A stretch of 52,238 bases of DNA from Deltaproteobacteria bacterium (GCA_032128115.1 JAQBHB010000076.1:1-52238), one strand, 5' to 3'. Counted from the first letter of the stretch, positions 12,499-22,606 are shown. Notes: generated from the sequence alone by a model not told the origin. Translations and numbers: made by a program.

Positions 12499-13574
12499 GC
12501 CTGGAGCCTCTCCGTGATGGCCTGGGACAGGTATTCGACCAGGGGAATCACACGGCGGTAGTTCATGCGGATGGGCCCGATCACGCCCAGGGTGCCCAGG
12601 GGGGCCGAATCGCCGCCCCGACCCGCGCCGTAGCGCATCGCCACCAGGGCGCAGTCATGGAGGGACGGCTCGTCCACCTCCTGGCCAAACGCCACGCAAA
12701 CCCCGTCGTCCCCCAGCATCCGGTCGAGCACCTCGAGCAAGCGCTCCTTGGTCTCGACGGCGCCGAACAGGTCGCGGATGCGCCGCGGATCGTTGAACTC
12801 GGGCTGCTCCAACAGAGCCACCCGGGTCTCGATCACCAGATCGACCGCCCCGTCCTCGGGGCTGAGCACCCGCGAGCCAAAATCGACGGCGCGCGCCAAC
12901 AGGCGATCGGCCTTGCGCCGCAGATTCTGGGCCTCGCGCGCGAGCTCCGCTCGCACTTCGGGCAGGGTGCGTCCCACCACCATCTGGTTGAGCAGGGTGG
13001 CGATGCGATCGAGCTCCGCCTGGTCGCTGACCTCACTGTCCTCGAAGACGCGCCGATGGGTAGCGCCCGCCTGGGACACCAGCACCACCAGCACCCGTTC
13101 GCGGCTCAAGCGCACCAGGCTCACGTGCTGCAGCACGATGCGGTCGATCCGCGGGGTCACGACGAAGCCGAGCTGGTGGGTGCACTCGGACAGGAGCTGT
13201 GACGTCACGTGTACGACGGAGTCTTCGTCCGCTTCGTCCATGCTGTGCGCGATCGAGCGCCGCTCGTAGGCCCCCAGATCGTCGCGATCGAGAAGCTGAT
13301 CCACGAACAGGCGCAGTCCGCGCTCGGTGGGGATGCGCCCGGCAGACGGATGCGGCTGCTCGGTGAGTCCGAGCTGGGTGAGTTCGGCCAGGGTGCTCCG
13401 GATCGACGCCGACGAAAGCTTCACCGGAAGCAGGTGGGAAAGCGTGGCCGAGCCGATCGGTGCGGCTTCGCCCACATAGGCGCTCACCATGGCGCGCAGA
13501 ACCGAAGCCTGTCGGGCGTTCAGTTCCAGGCGCGGGCGACCGGCCTTCTCGACTTTCCCATCTCCGACCACCAC
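12495..13574 (-). CDS. hrcA: Heat-inducible transcription repressor HrcA
   Basis: PIGS, SSASIR, QPHPSAGRIPT, LGVIGPIRMNY; upstream of grpE-dnaK-dnaJ. Confidence 0.95.
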   Translation of the reverse strand: MVVGDGKVEKAGRPRLELNARQASVLRAMVSAYVGEAAPIGSATLSHLLPVKLSSASIRSTLAELTQLGLTEQPHPSAGRIPTERGLRLFVDQLLDRDDLGAYERRSIAHSMDEADEDSVVHVTSQLLSECTHQLGFVVTPRIDRIVLQHVSLVRLSRERVLVVLVSQAGATHRRVFEDSEVSDQAELDRIATLLNQMVVGRTLPEVRAELAREAQNLRRKADRLLARAVDFGSRVLSPEDGAVDLVIETRVALLEQPEFNDPRRIRDLFGAVETKERLLEVLDRMLGDDGVCVAFGQEVDEPSLHDCALVAMRYGAGRGGDSAPLGTLGVIGPIRMNYRRVIPLVEYLSQAITERLQA

Positions 13575-13709
13575 GGCTAACCCTCAGGAATCCCGAAAGA
13601 AATTGGTTACCACCCTTCGATCATCCCCGCCAGACCCGCAAATGTGCTCTGCTGGCACGATGAGCCGATTCGCTGCGTCCCATCGGGATTCCCGCGGGGA
13701 GACTTGAGA

Positions 13710-14963
13710 TCATACGAAGTGTTCGAAGACGCCGTCGGAGAAGCGCCGCCCGCGAGCCGTCAGCCGGAGATCGCCCGGGGCGCCCCCACCGCCCTCCTCC
13801 AGCAGCCCCTGGCAGACGAGCTCTTCGATCGCCGGCGCGTAGAACTGGCGCGGCGGCCCTCCGAACTCCCGGGCGAAGCGCGCGGCATCCAGCCCCCGAA
13901 GGGCCCTCAGGGCCAGGAAGACCGCCTCTCCCCGGGCCGTGGGGGCATCGAGCACCTCCGGGGCCGAAGCCTCGGGCGAGCGAGCCGCGGCAACCGCCTC
14001 CTGATAGCCGGCCAGGTCCCGACGGTTCGACCTCCGGACCCCAAACGGCGTCTCGGGCCCCGGCGGATCATTGGACACCGCGCCCAGCCCGAGCCCCAGC
14101 ACGGGCAAGCGCTGCCAGTAACGCTGGTTGTGGATCGCCTCGTAGCCGGGCCTGGCATAGTTCGAGATCTCGTAGCGGTCGAAGCCCGCCCGGCCCAGAG
14201 CCGACTCGGCGGTCTCCACCATGGCAACGGCCAGCTCCTCGCGCCGCTCGATCTCGTGGAGCCCCAGCTGCCCTCGGGATGCGGCGAGCGCGAACGGCGT
14301 CGCGGGCTCGACAGTGAGTTCGTAGGTGGACACGTGCTGTGGGGCGAAGGCGATTACCTCTGCCACGTCGTCTGCGAAATCCTTCAGGGATTGGTACGGG
14401 GCAGCGAAGATCAGGTCGATGGAAATGGCGTCGAACGAGGCCTCGCGGCATGCGCGCAGGGTGTGACGGCCTTCCTCGGCCCGGTGCGCGCGCCCCAGAT
14501 GCCGCAGCACCGTGTCGTGGAACGACTGCACGCCGACGGAGACGCGGTTCACCCCTGCGCTCCGGAACCCGGGGAGGCGGCCTCGCTCGACGGTGCTGGG
14601 ATTCACCTCGAGAGTCACCTCCAGATCCGTGCCGTCGGATCCGGGGGGCGCGGGAAACGCGGCGCGCACGCCGTCGACGATCCGGGCCACCGCGTCCGGC
14701 GAAAGCAGCGACGGCGTACCTCCTCCCAGATAGAGACTCGACAGCGATCGCCCTGCGAAGGCCTGGCGTCGCCACGCGAGCTCACGGAGCAGCGCGTCCA
14801 CGTAACGATCGTCGCGGTCGCGCTGGGGCGTCGGGGCCGACACCACCGCGAAGTCGCAATAGGGGCAGATCCGTTGACAGAACGGAACGTGAACGTAGAC
14901 GCCCAGGGTCGGATCCGTCAGCGCTACAGCACCCCGGGCCTCCCCGCTGGCTCGGGCTCGCAT
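13710..14963 (-). CDS. hemW: Radical SAM heme chaperone HemW
   Basis: YVHVPFCQRICPYCDF, GGGTPS, RVSVGVQSF, YEISNY, HNQRYW. Start uncertain (ATG 14963 chosen); the ORF-track extension to 17549 is the antisense of the M16 gene. Confidence 0.92.
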   Translation of the reverse strand: MRARASGEARGAVALTDPTLGVYVHVPFCQRICPYCDFAVVSAPTPQRDRDDRYVDALLRELAWRRQAFAGRSLSSLYLGGGTPSLLSPDAVARIVDGVRAAFPAPPGSDGTDLEVTLEVNPSTVERGRLPGFRSAGVNRVSVGVQSFHDTVLRHLGRAHRAEEGRHTLRACREASFDAISIDLIFAAPYQSLKDFADDVAEVIAFAPQHVSTYELTVEPATPFALAASRGQLGLHEIERREELAVAMVETAESALGRAGFDRYEISNYARPGYEAIHNQRYWQRLPVLGLGLGAVSNDPPGPETPFGVRRSNRRDLAGYQEAVAAARSPEASAPEVLDAPTARGEAVFLALRALRGLDAARFAREFGGPPRQFYAPAIEELVCQGLLEEGGGGAPGDLRLTARGRRFSDGVFEHFV

Positions 14964-15014
14964 GGGTAGCGTCGAATGCACTCCTCCAGGGTATCGCGCT
15001 ACGCTGCCGGCGCG

Positions 15015-17639
15015 GTGCCCCGCTCCGAGATCCTGCATGAGATTCTGCCCAACGGCCTCCAGGTGCTGCTTTGCGAAGCGCGCCGGGCGCGGGTGGTCGA
15101 GTTCCAGGTCTGGGCCCAGGTGGGCTCCGCCGACGAGCGCGCCTCCGAGTCGGGCCTGGCCCACTTCCACGAGCACATGCTCTTCAAGGGAACCGGGCGT
15201 CGCGGCGTGGGCGAGGTGGCGGGCGACGTAGAGGGCGCCGGCGGCAGCATCAACGCCTACACCTCCTTCGACGTCACGGTCTATCACGCGACTCTCCCCA
15301 GCGATCGGCTCCCGGTGGCTGTGGACGTGCTGACAGACGCGGTGCAGCACGCCGCGTTCGAGCCCGACGAGATCGAGCGCGAGATCGAGGTGGTGCTGGA
15401 GGAGATCCGGCGCGGCGAAGATTCTCCGCATCACGTGCTTGGCGACGCGCTCTTCGCCGAGGCGTTCCGGGTGCACCCCTACCGGGACCCGATCCTGGGA
15501 AGTGCTGCGAGCGTGGCCGCCATCGATCGCGACCGTCTGCGCAGCTTCTTCGAACACTGGTACGCGCCTGCCAACCTGATGGTGGTGGCGACGGGTGACT
15601 TCGACGCCCCCGCCCTCCTCGACCAGGTGCGGCAGGCCTTCGGCAGCAGCAATGCCGCGCGCCCGCGGCGCAGCCGTCCGGCCGAGCCGCGCCAGACCGG
15701 GCTGCGCAGCGTCGTCCTGACCCGCCCCTTCGAACGCACGAGCCTCGAGTTCTCGTACCCCACCGTCAGCCTGGCCCACGCCGACGCCGCCTACCTGGAC
15801 CTGCTGGCATTCGTTCTCGGCGGCGGCGACAGCAGCCGGCTGGTGCAGATCGTGCGCGAGCGCGACGGACTGACCGAGCGCATCGACGCCTCGAGCTACA
15901 CGCCCCTGGAGGCCGGCACGTTCTCGGTTGGCCTCGACACCGATGCCGCCCGCGCGCCCGCCGCCATCGAAGCAGCGGTTCGCCAGGTGGAGCGCGTGCG
16001 ACACGAGCCGGTGAGCCCGGATGAACTCGAGAAAGCGCGCCTCAACTTCCTGTCCATGGAACACTTCGAGCGCGAGAGCGTGTCCGGCCTGGCCCAGAAG
16101 ATCGGGAGCTTCGCAACCCTGGCGGGAGACTTCCGGGTCGAGCAGCGCTACCTGGACGCCGTGCGCGGCGCAACGCGCGAAGACCTGCAGCGCGTGGCCC
16201 ACGAGTACCTGTCTTCGGACCGGATCACGCTGGCCGCCGTGCTGCCGGAATCGGATGCGGCGGCCCTCGGGCGCGCGGTGGTGGAGGCCTCGGTGGCGCG
16301 CGGCATCGAGTCCAAGGCGTTGCGCTCGGCGAGCCGCGAGGAGGTTCCTGCGGCGCTCACGCCCCGGCCGGCAGCCGCGGCCCGTGGCGCTGCCAGCGTC
16401 TGCCTTCCCGGCCCGGACGTGTTCGGTTACACCCTGCCCAACGGCGTCAGCCTCTACGTGGTGCCGCGACGCGACGTGCCGGTGGTGGCAGCGCGCGCGG
16501 CCTTCGCCGGGGGCCTGCTGGCGGAGGACGCCGACACCGCAGGGCTCTCGAGCTTCACCGCATCCATGTGGCTGCGGGGCACGCAGAGCCTGTCGGCGGC
16601 CGAGTTTGCGCGCCAGACCGAAGGGATGGCCGCCGAGATCGACGGCTTCTCGGGCCGCAGCAGCCTGGGCCTGACCCTGGAGACCCTGGCCGAGAAGCTC
16701 GAGCCGGCCCTGGAGCTGTTCGCCCAGGTGCTGCTCGAGCCCGCATTCGAACCCGAGGAGATCGAGAAGGAGCGGCGCGAAACCCTGGCCGCCATCGACC
16801 GGCGCGAGGACCGACTGGCCCAGCGCGCGTTCCTGTTGTTCGCCGAGACCCACTACCGCAGCCATCCGTACCGGCAGCCCATGTTGGGAACGCGGCACTC
16901 GGTGCCCCGCTTCGACCGCGACCTGCTCCGCGCCCACCACGATCGCCTGATCCGCGCCCGCAACTGCAGTCTGGCGTTCGCCGGCGACGTGGATCCCGAC
17001 GCACTGGCAGAGCGCATCTCGGCGCACCTGGGCGGGCTCGACGCGGGCGCTTTCCAGGCGCCAGAGCCGGCACCCGAGCCGGCCCCTCGTGAGATCCGCA
17101 CGGCCGAGGTGCGCAAGGAACGCGCCCAGGGCCACCTGGTGATCGGATTCCGCGGCCTGTGCGTGGGCGATGGCGACCGCTTCGCCCTGGACGTGATCAC
17201 GCAACTGCTGGCGGGACAGGGAGGACGACTGTTCCTCGAGCTGCGCGACCGCCGCAGCCTGGCCTATACCGTGAATGCGGTGAACGTAGAGGGCGTGGCG
17301 CCGGGCTACTTCGGGGTGTACATCGCCACGGCACCGGAGAAACTCGAGGATGCGCGACGCGGTCTGCTGGAAGAGCTGCAGCGGGTGGTGGACGGCCCGC
17401 CGGACCCGGCGGATCTGGAACGCGCCAAGCGCTACCTGATCGGAAACTTCGCCATCGACCAGCAGCGCAATGCCACTCACGCGGCGTTGGTGTCGCTGGA
17501 TGCCCTCTATGGGTTGGGGCCCGACGCCTACCGCACCTACCCCGATCACGTGGAGTCGGTGACGTCCGAGGAGGTGCTGCGCGTGGCCCGCCGCGTGATC
17601 GACTTGAACGCCTACACCCAGGCCCAGGTACGACCCTAG
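15015..17639 (+). CDS. M16 family (pitrilysin/PqqL-like) zinc peptidase
   Basis: LPNGL, GLAHFHEHMLFKGT (HxxEH), NAYTSFD; the second half lacks the zinc motif. Confidence 0.93.
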   Translation: MPRSEILHEILPNGLQVLLCEARRARVVEFQVWAQVGSADERASESGLAHFHEHMLFKGTGRRGVGEVAGDVEGAGGSINAYTSFDVTVYHATLPSDRLPVAVDVLTDAVQHAAFEPDEIEREIEVVLEEIRRGEDSPHHVLGDALFAEAFRVHPYRDPILGSAASVAAIDRDRLRSFFEHWYAPANLMVVATGDFDAPALLDQVRQAFGSSNAARPRRSRPAEPRQTGLRSVVLTRPFERTSLEFSYPTVSLAHADAAYLDLLAFVLGGGDSSRLVQIVRERDGLTERIDASSYTPLEAGTFSVGLDTDAARAPAAIEAAVRQVERVRHEPVSPDELEKARLNFLSMEHFERESVSGLAQKIGSFATLAGDFRVEQRYLDAVRGATREDLQRVAHEYLSSDRITLAAVLPESDAAALGRAVVEASVARGIESKALRSASREEVPAALTPRPAAAARGAASVCLPGPDVFGYTLPNGVSLYVVPRRDVPVVAARAAFAGGLLAEDADTAGLSSFTASMWLRGTQSLSAAEFARQTEGMAAEIDGFSGRSSLGLTLETLAEKLEPALELFAQVLLEPAFEPEEIEKERRETLAAIDRREDRLAQRAFLLFAETHYRSHPYRQPMLGTRHSVPRFDRDLLRAHHDRLIRARNCSLAFAGDVDPDALAERISAHLGGLDAGAFQAPEPAPEPAPREIRTAEVRKERAQGHLVIGFRGLCVGDGDRFALDVITQLLAGQGGRLFLELRDRRSLAYTVNAVNVEGVAPGYFGVYIATAPEKLEDARRGLLEELQRVVDGPPDPADLERAKRYLIGNFAIDQQRNATHAALVSLDALYGLGPDAYRTYPDHVESVTSEEVLRVARRVIDLNAYTQAQVRP

Positions 17640-17646
17640 CCGGGCT

Positions 17647-19476
17647 TCAATACCCCAGGGCCAGGCCGTCGCTGCGCGGGTCCGTGCCCCCCAGCTGCCA
17701 ACCCGACTCGGAATCGATCACGATGGCCTGGGCGCTGGACCAGTTCCAGGGCGAGACCTCCACGCTGTGACCGCGGCGTTCGAGTCCTGCGATCACGTCT
17801 GCTGGAATTGCGGGCTCCACGAAGAGCTTGTCGGGCACCCACTGGTGATGGAAGCGCGGAGCCGACACGGCGGCCTGGACGTCCATCCCGTGATCCACGG
17901 TGTTCAGGATCGAGAGCAACACCGTGGTGATGATGCGCGGCCCCCCCGGGCTGCCCGTCACCATGAAGACCCGACCGTCGCGCAGCAGAAGAGTGGGCGT
18001 CATGCTCGAGAGGGGGCGCTTGCCGGGCTCGATGGCGTTGGCGCCGCGCACGTCCACCAGACCGTAGGCATTGGGCGTGTTGGGAGCGACGGAAAAGTCG
18101 TCCATCTCGTTGTTCAAGATGATGCCCGTGCCGGGCACGGTGATGCCCGACCCGAATGGGGTGTTGATGCTCCCGGTGAACGCCACCGCATTGCCCGCCG
18201 CATCGGTCACCGACAGGTGGGCGGTGCCCGAATCGTCCAGAGTCAGCCCCGCGCGCTCCACGCGGATCGCCTGCTCGCCCCGACCCCAGGTCCAGGGAGC
18301 GCGCAGAAACCAGGCCGGATTGATGCGGGCGCGCAGATCGTCGGCGTAGGTCTTGGATGTGAGTTCGGCAACCGGGATGTCGACGAAGTCGGGATCGCCG
18401 AACCAGTAGTTGCGATCCGCGAAGCCGAGCTTCATGGCTTCGGCAACCCGGTGCAGGCTGGCCGAGGAGCCGGGGCCCGTGGCCGCCAGATCGAATCCCT
18501 CCAGCACGTTCAGCATCTCGATCAGGACCGCGCCTCCCGACGACGGCGGCGGAAACGACACCACCTCCAGGCCCCGGTAGCTGCCCCTTACCGGCTGGCG
18601 CACCACCGGCCGGTAGCCCGCCAGGTCGTCCCGGGTGACGAGCCCGCCCGTCTTTGCCATTTCGCGCGCGATCGCCAGGCCCGTGGCGCCGCTGTAGAAA
18701 CCGGCGGGGCCGTCTTTCGCAATCCGGCGGAGAGACCGGGCGAGATCGCTCTGCACCAGCCGCCAGCCGGGCTGGGCGGGCGTTCCGGCCGGCGGAAACT
18801 GGATGCGGCCGGTCTCGGGAAAGCGCTCCGGCAGCCCCCGCTCGCGCATGTGCTCGAGCACGCCCGCGTGCACCGGGCCGATGGGATAGCCCTCGTCGGC
18901 CAACCGGATGGCGGGCTGCAACACCTGAGACAGCGACATCGTCCCGTATCGCGTAAGGGCCAGGGCCAGGCCCGCCACCATGCCCGGTGTGGCGACGGCC
19001 AGCGGCCCCAGGAGCGAGGCGCGTTCCGGAACGCCCTGCCGCACGAACATGTCGCGATCCGCCGCCGAGGGTGCCGTTTCGCGGGCGTCGAGGGCGATGA
19101 TCTCGCCGCTCTGCAATCGGATCAGCAGGAAGCCGCCGCCTCCGATGCCTGTCGAGTAGGGCTGGGTCACGCCCACGGCAAACGCCGCGGCCACCGCCGC
19201 ATCGATGGCATTGCCACCGGCCTTCAGGATTTCCACGCCAGCGCGCGTGGCGTGGGATTGCGACGTGGCCACCATGCCGTTGCGACCGTAGGCGGGCGAT
19301 GCGGCCGCTGCGCGCACCGGTTGCGGAAGCCCCGCCAGAACGAATCCGGCGAGGAAAAGCCACGAGATGCGAGCGCGAGGCTTGCGGGGCTGTACGGCGG
19401 CGCTCACGGCGACGAAGGCTATCAGGGGCCGGAGCAGCTTGACAGGTGGCCCGCCCGTTCCGGATGTTCGTGGCAA
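17647..19476 (-). CDS. ggt: Gamma-glutamyltransferase
   Basis: GGNAIDAAVA, GIGGGGF, DARETAP, TAHLSV (autocleavage Thr), LNNEMDDF, PLSSM, GSPGG, DPR; start uncertain. Confidence 0.95.
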   Translation of the reverse strand: MPRTSGTGGPPVKLLRPLIAFVAVSAAVQPRKPRARISWLFLAGFVLAGLPQPVRAAAASPAYGRNGMVATSQSHATRAGVEILKAGGNAIDAAVAAAFAVGVTQPYSTGIGGGGFLLIRLQSGEIIALDARETAPSAADRDMFVRQGVPERASLLGPLAVATPGMVAGLALALTRYGTMSLSQVLQPAIRLADEGYPIGPVHAGVLEHMRERGLPERFPETGRIQFPPAGTPAQPGWRLVQSDLARSLRRIAKDGPAGFYSGATGLAIAREMAKTGGLVTRDDLAGYRPVVRQPVRGSYRGLEVVSFPPPSSGGAVLIEMLNVLEGFDLAATGPGSSASLHRVAEAMKLGFADRNYWFGDPDFVDIPVAELTSKTYADDLRARINPAWFLRAPWTWGRGEQAIRVERAGLTLDDSGTAHLSVTDAAGNAVAFTGSINTPFGSGITVPGTGIILNNEMDDFSVAPNTPNAYGLVDVRGANAIEPGKRPLSSMTPTLLLRDGRVFMVTGSPGGPRIITTVLLSILNTVDHGMDVQAAVSAPRFHHQWVPDKLFVEPAIPADVIAGLERRGHSVEVSPWNWSSAQAIVIDSESGWQLGGTDPRSDGLALGY

Positions 19477-19487
19477 GGGGGTGCGGC

Positions 19488-20129
19488 ATGCGCCGGATTC
19501 GTGCTGAACCGGGGATCTCGACCGCCATCGCGCTGGCCCTGGCCGGAATTCTCGCCGCCGCCTGTGGAGCGCCTGCGCCCGAGGGACCCGTTGCCCGGGT
19601 GGTCGAGGGGCCCCACGACGTCGCGGTCGTCACGGTGCGCGAACACGGCGTGATCCGGATCGAGCTCCTGCCGGAGATCGCCCCAGAGTCCGTTGCGAAC
19701 TTCGCGAAGCTCGCGAACCAGGGATTCTACGACGGCACCCATTTTCATCGCGTGATACCGGGCTTCATGATCCAGGGGGGCGACCCGGCCAGCAAGAACA
19801 AGGACCCGCGCGACGACGGCAAGGGCGGCCCCGGTTACACCATCGTGGACGAGTTCAGCGATTTTCCCCACCACCGGGGAGTGGTCTCCATGGCCAATAC
19901 GGGCAGTCCGGAGAGCGGAGGGAGCCAGTTCTTCATCGTCCAGGCCGACTCCGCCCATCTGGACGGCAAATACTCCGCCTTCGGGCGGGTGGTGGAAGGC
20001 ATCGAGGTGGTGGACGCCATCTCTAGAGTTCAACTCGACAAGTATGGGCGCTACGGGCCCCGAGACCGCCCCCACCCGGTGCCGGTGGTGATCGGGACGA
20101 TCCGCATCGAGCCCGCCGCGACGCGCTAG
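19488..20129 (+). CDS. Cyclophilin-type peptidyl-prolyl isomerase, probable lipoprotein
   Basis: LAAAC lipobox; FYDGTHFHRVIPGFMIQGGDP, SMANTG, GSQFFI, HLDGKYSAFG. Confidence 0.93.
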   Translation: MRRIRAEPGISTAIALALAGILAAACGAPAPEGPVARVVEGPHDVAVVTVREHGVIRIELLPEIAPESVANFAKLANQGFYDGTHFHRVIPGFMIQGGDPASKNKDPRDDGKGGPGYTIVDEFSDFPHHRGVVSMANTGSPESGGSQFFIVQADSAHLDGKYSAFGRVVEGIEVVDAISRVQLDKYGRYGPRDRPHPVPVVIGTIRIEPAATR

Positions 20130-20165
20130 CCCCCCCTCCGGCGAGCGGCTACGTTCACGCGCCGT

Positions 20166-20241
20166 GGCCCGGTAGCTCAGTTGGTAGAGCACTTGACTGA
20201 AAATCAAGGTGTCGCCAGTTCGATTCTGGCCTGGGCCACCA
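20166..20241 (+). tRNA. tRNA-Phe (GAA)
   Basis: GGCCCGG/CTGGGCC acceptor stem, TAGCTCAGTTGGTAGAGC D-arm, CTTGA-CTGAAAA-TCAAG anticodon arm, GTTCGATT T-loop, encoded CCA; 76 nt. Confidence 0.97.
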
Positions 20242-20316
20242 GCCAATCCTTCGAATGTAATCACGCGGCCACAAGTCGACCCCCTGATATGGCGTCAAGC
20301 GCCGCCGCGCTCGCGC

Positions 20317-21879
20317 TCACGACGCCAGCCCCAGCGCCGCGCGGTCCGGATACCCGAGGGCGACAAGGAACAGGACGCTCTTGCCCGCGGCGTGCGGCGA
20401 GAAGAACTCGGTCACCTCGTCGTCGAAGAACGTCAGCCCCGTGGCGCCGAAGCGCTGGGCGTAGGCGGCCAGGTACAGGCGCCCTCCGGTGATTCCCCCC
20501 TCGAGTTGCGCCGCCCGGTAGCCGCGGTTGCCGAACCGGGCCAGCAGCGGGGAGAGGTTGGCCAGGCTGTACACGTTCACCGCCGCATCCGCCGGGAGCT
20601 CCTGGCCCAGGCCCAAGCGGCCCGCCACGCCCCTGAAGCTCCCCTCGCGCAGCAGCTCCAGCGAGCGACTGAGGCGGCGGTAGGTGTAGGCCCCCGGGGT
20701 CAGCCCCTCGACGGCGTGCACGATCAGGTAGAGGTCGAGGAGGCTCGCACCCGGCGGATCCAGGAAGTCGCCGGGCACGCCGCGCGTGGCGCAGTCGAGC
20801 AGCGTGGAGAGCTCCTCGAAAGACAGCGAACGAGTCCGGTCGAATGCCCGCGTCGAGCCTCGCCGTCGGATCACGGCGTCGAGGGAGTCAGGTGGAAGAT
20901 CCGGCTCGGCCCTCGGCCGCAGCGGGTAGAGCGAACCGGTCGGCGCGGGTTCCTCTCGCGCGGGGGTGGGGCCGCGCCAGGAGGCCGCCTCGGCGCCGTC
21001 CTCGAGGGAGGAGGCCGCGTGCTGCGCGCGGATCGCCGGGTAGTCGACCTCGAAGGTAGAGAGCGGCTCGGTTTCGAGTCGCAGCTCCGGCAGCGGTGGG
21101 GCGGGCGGCGCCTGTCGCCCGGACCGCCCGAGGGCCACGAGCGCGATCGCACCCTCTCGCTCGGGGTCGAGACCGAGCAGCCGCTCCACGGCACGGTCCG
21201 CGAAGCCCATCACCAACCGCGGCTCGAGCTGCGCCGACTCAGCCACCGCGAGCAGGTTCGCGTGCAGTGTCCCCCCATCCCAGAAGCAGTGCCGGTAGGC
21301 TCGCGCCTGGTACTTCCAGGCGTTGCGCCAGTAGGTCGAGGCGCTCGCGATGATCACCGGCGCGCGCACCAGGTCGGGGTTCCGCCCGGACGCCTCGACG
21401 AGCACCGCGCGATAGTCGCCCTCGCGCAGACGGCGCAGGGCGAAGTCGTGCGGGCCGAAGTGATACACCCCGGCGGAAAGGCCCGGGAGCTCGCCCGCGA
21501 CCAAGTAGAGATCGATGTGATGGAGCGCGCCGGTGTTCGGGTAGGCGCGGAACAGGGTCTCTCCGCCCGGATAGCGCTTCCGTTTCGTGATCCCCGCCGA
21601 CAGCTGGAGGATGCGGGAAAGGGTCGCGAGGTCGGGAGTCCGCTCGCCGTCGCCATTCGCCGCCGGCGCAGCGCCGGGTCGAGAGATCGCCTCGAGCGCT
21701 GGAAGGTTGTTCCCTGGAAAGCCCTGCGGAAGCGGGATCGCCTCCAGGTCGGGGTAGATCTTGAACGCCAGCGGTTGGTTCTCGAAGTCGAGGAAGTGGC
21801 GGCTCGCGCGAACGCTCCGCTCGCTGTGCTTGGTGGCCTCGTGATACTCGAGAGTGGCCGCCGTGTCCCGGTTGGACAT
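20317..21879 (-). CDS. SagB/ThcOx-family dehydrogenase (two nitroreductase-like domains)
   Basis: YHEATKH, RAYPNTGALH, WKYQARAYRHCFWDGG, second domain RRRGSTRAF...RGYRAAQLEGG...GATGLTFFDD. Confidence 0.85.
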   Translation of the reverse strand: MSNRDTAATLEYHEATKHSERSVRASRHFLDFENQPLAFKIYPDLEAIPLPQGFPGNNLPALEAISRPGAAPAANGDGERTPDLATLSRILQLSAGITKRKRYPGGETLFRAYPNTGALHHIDLYLVAGELPGLSAGVYHFGPHDFALRRLREGDYRAVLVEASGRNPDLVRAPVIIASASTYWRNAWKYQARAYRHCFWDGGTLHANLLAVAESAQLEPRLVMGFADRAVERLLGLDPEREGAIALVALGRSGRQAPPAPPLPELRLETEPLSTFEVDYPAIRAQHAASSLEDGAEAASWRGPTPAREEPAPTGSLYPLRPRAEPDLPPDSLDAVIRRRGSTRAFDRTRSLSFEELSTLLDCATRGVPGDFLDPPGASLLDLYLIVHAVEGLTPGAYTYRRLSRSLELLREGSFRGVAGRLGLGQELPADAAVNVYSLANLSPLLARFGNRGYRAAQLEGGITGGRLYLAAYAQRFGATGLTFFDDEVTEFFSPHAAGKSVLFLVALGYPDRAALGLAS

Positions 21880-21970
21880 CGATTCAACCTCGGACCTCTC
21901 GGAGCTGCGAGATTCCCGTGGCCTGTCCGAGAAGCGTGACCTTCACGCATGCCCCGCCCGCGGGGACTCT

Positions 21971-22576
21971 TCAGTCGGCAGGAAAGCTCGCGACCAGCTC
22001 CCGCAGGCGCTCGCGGCCGCCCTCGCGGATCGGAACCCCGTCGCCAACCACCAGCGCATCGAAGTCGAGCTCGAGCAAAGACCGGACGCTTGCACGCAGG
22101 CGCACGGGGTCGTCCATGACGCGCTCCCGCAGAAGCGAGAGCTGCCCAGGTGGGTTTCCAATCACGGCGTCGCCGACGACGAGCATCCTGCGCGCCGGGT
22201 CGTGGAGAGCGATTTCCCCGGGCGACTTGCCGGGCACGCCCACCACGGTGAACGATGCCGCGCGCTCCCCTACCTCGAGCTCGGCGTCGATCGCGGTGCC
22301 CTGCTCCCGGGCGTAGGCCGCATCCGCCGGGTGGATCGTGACCCGGGCGCCCGTGCGCTTCCGCACACGGTTCGCGGCACGGGTGTGGTTGCGATTGGTG
22401 ATGAGAATCTGCGCGACCCCCTCCTTGGCGAGCCGATCGAGAACCTCGTCGGTGGGATCGACGGGGTCGACGCAGAGGTTTCCCTCTGGGCTCAGGAGGA
22501 GCGTTCCGTTGAAATCGTAACCGTGGGGCTCCGAAAACCAGGACCAGGTGAGGACGCCAGGCAGGAACTCGCGCAC
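21971..22576 (-). CDS. Metallo-beta-lactamase-fold protein with degenerate metal motifs
   Basis: CVDP, LITNRNHTRA (at the HxHxDH position), GKSPGE, VGDAV, LVVGDG. Confidence 0.75.
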   Translation of the reverse strand: MREFLPGVLTWSWFSEPHGYDFNGTLLLSPEGNLCVDPVDPTDEVLDRLAKEGVAQILITNRNHTRAANRVRKRTGARVTIHPADAAYAREQGTAIDAELEVGERAASFTVVGVPGKSPGEIALHDPARRMLVVGDAVIGNPPGQLSLLRERVMDDPVRLRASVRSLLELDFDALVVGDGVPIREGGRERLRELVASFPAD

Positions 22577-22606
22577 GGCCCAAGTCTAGAACTCTACGAC
22601 CCGTGG

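Noticed and set aside
13640..13680. CTGGCAC as a possible CIRCE half-site
   Set aside because: No matching second half at 9-nt spacing.
14964..17549. Apparent 1279-aa HemW fusion
   Set aside because: The N-terminal ~860 aa are the stop-free antisense of the M16 peptidase; HemW motifs begin only near 14900.
20317..21879. SagB-like gene as sign of a thiazole/oxazole RiPP cluster
   Set aside because: No YcaO, precursor peptide or transporter nearby; stand-alone dual-domain members are common.
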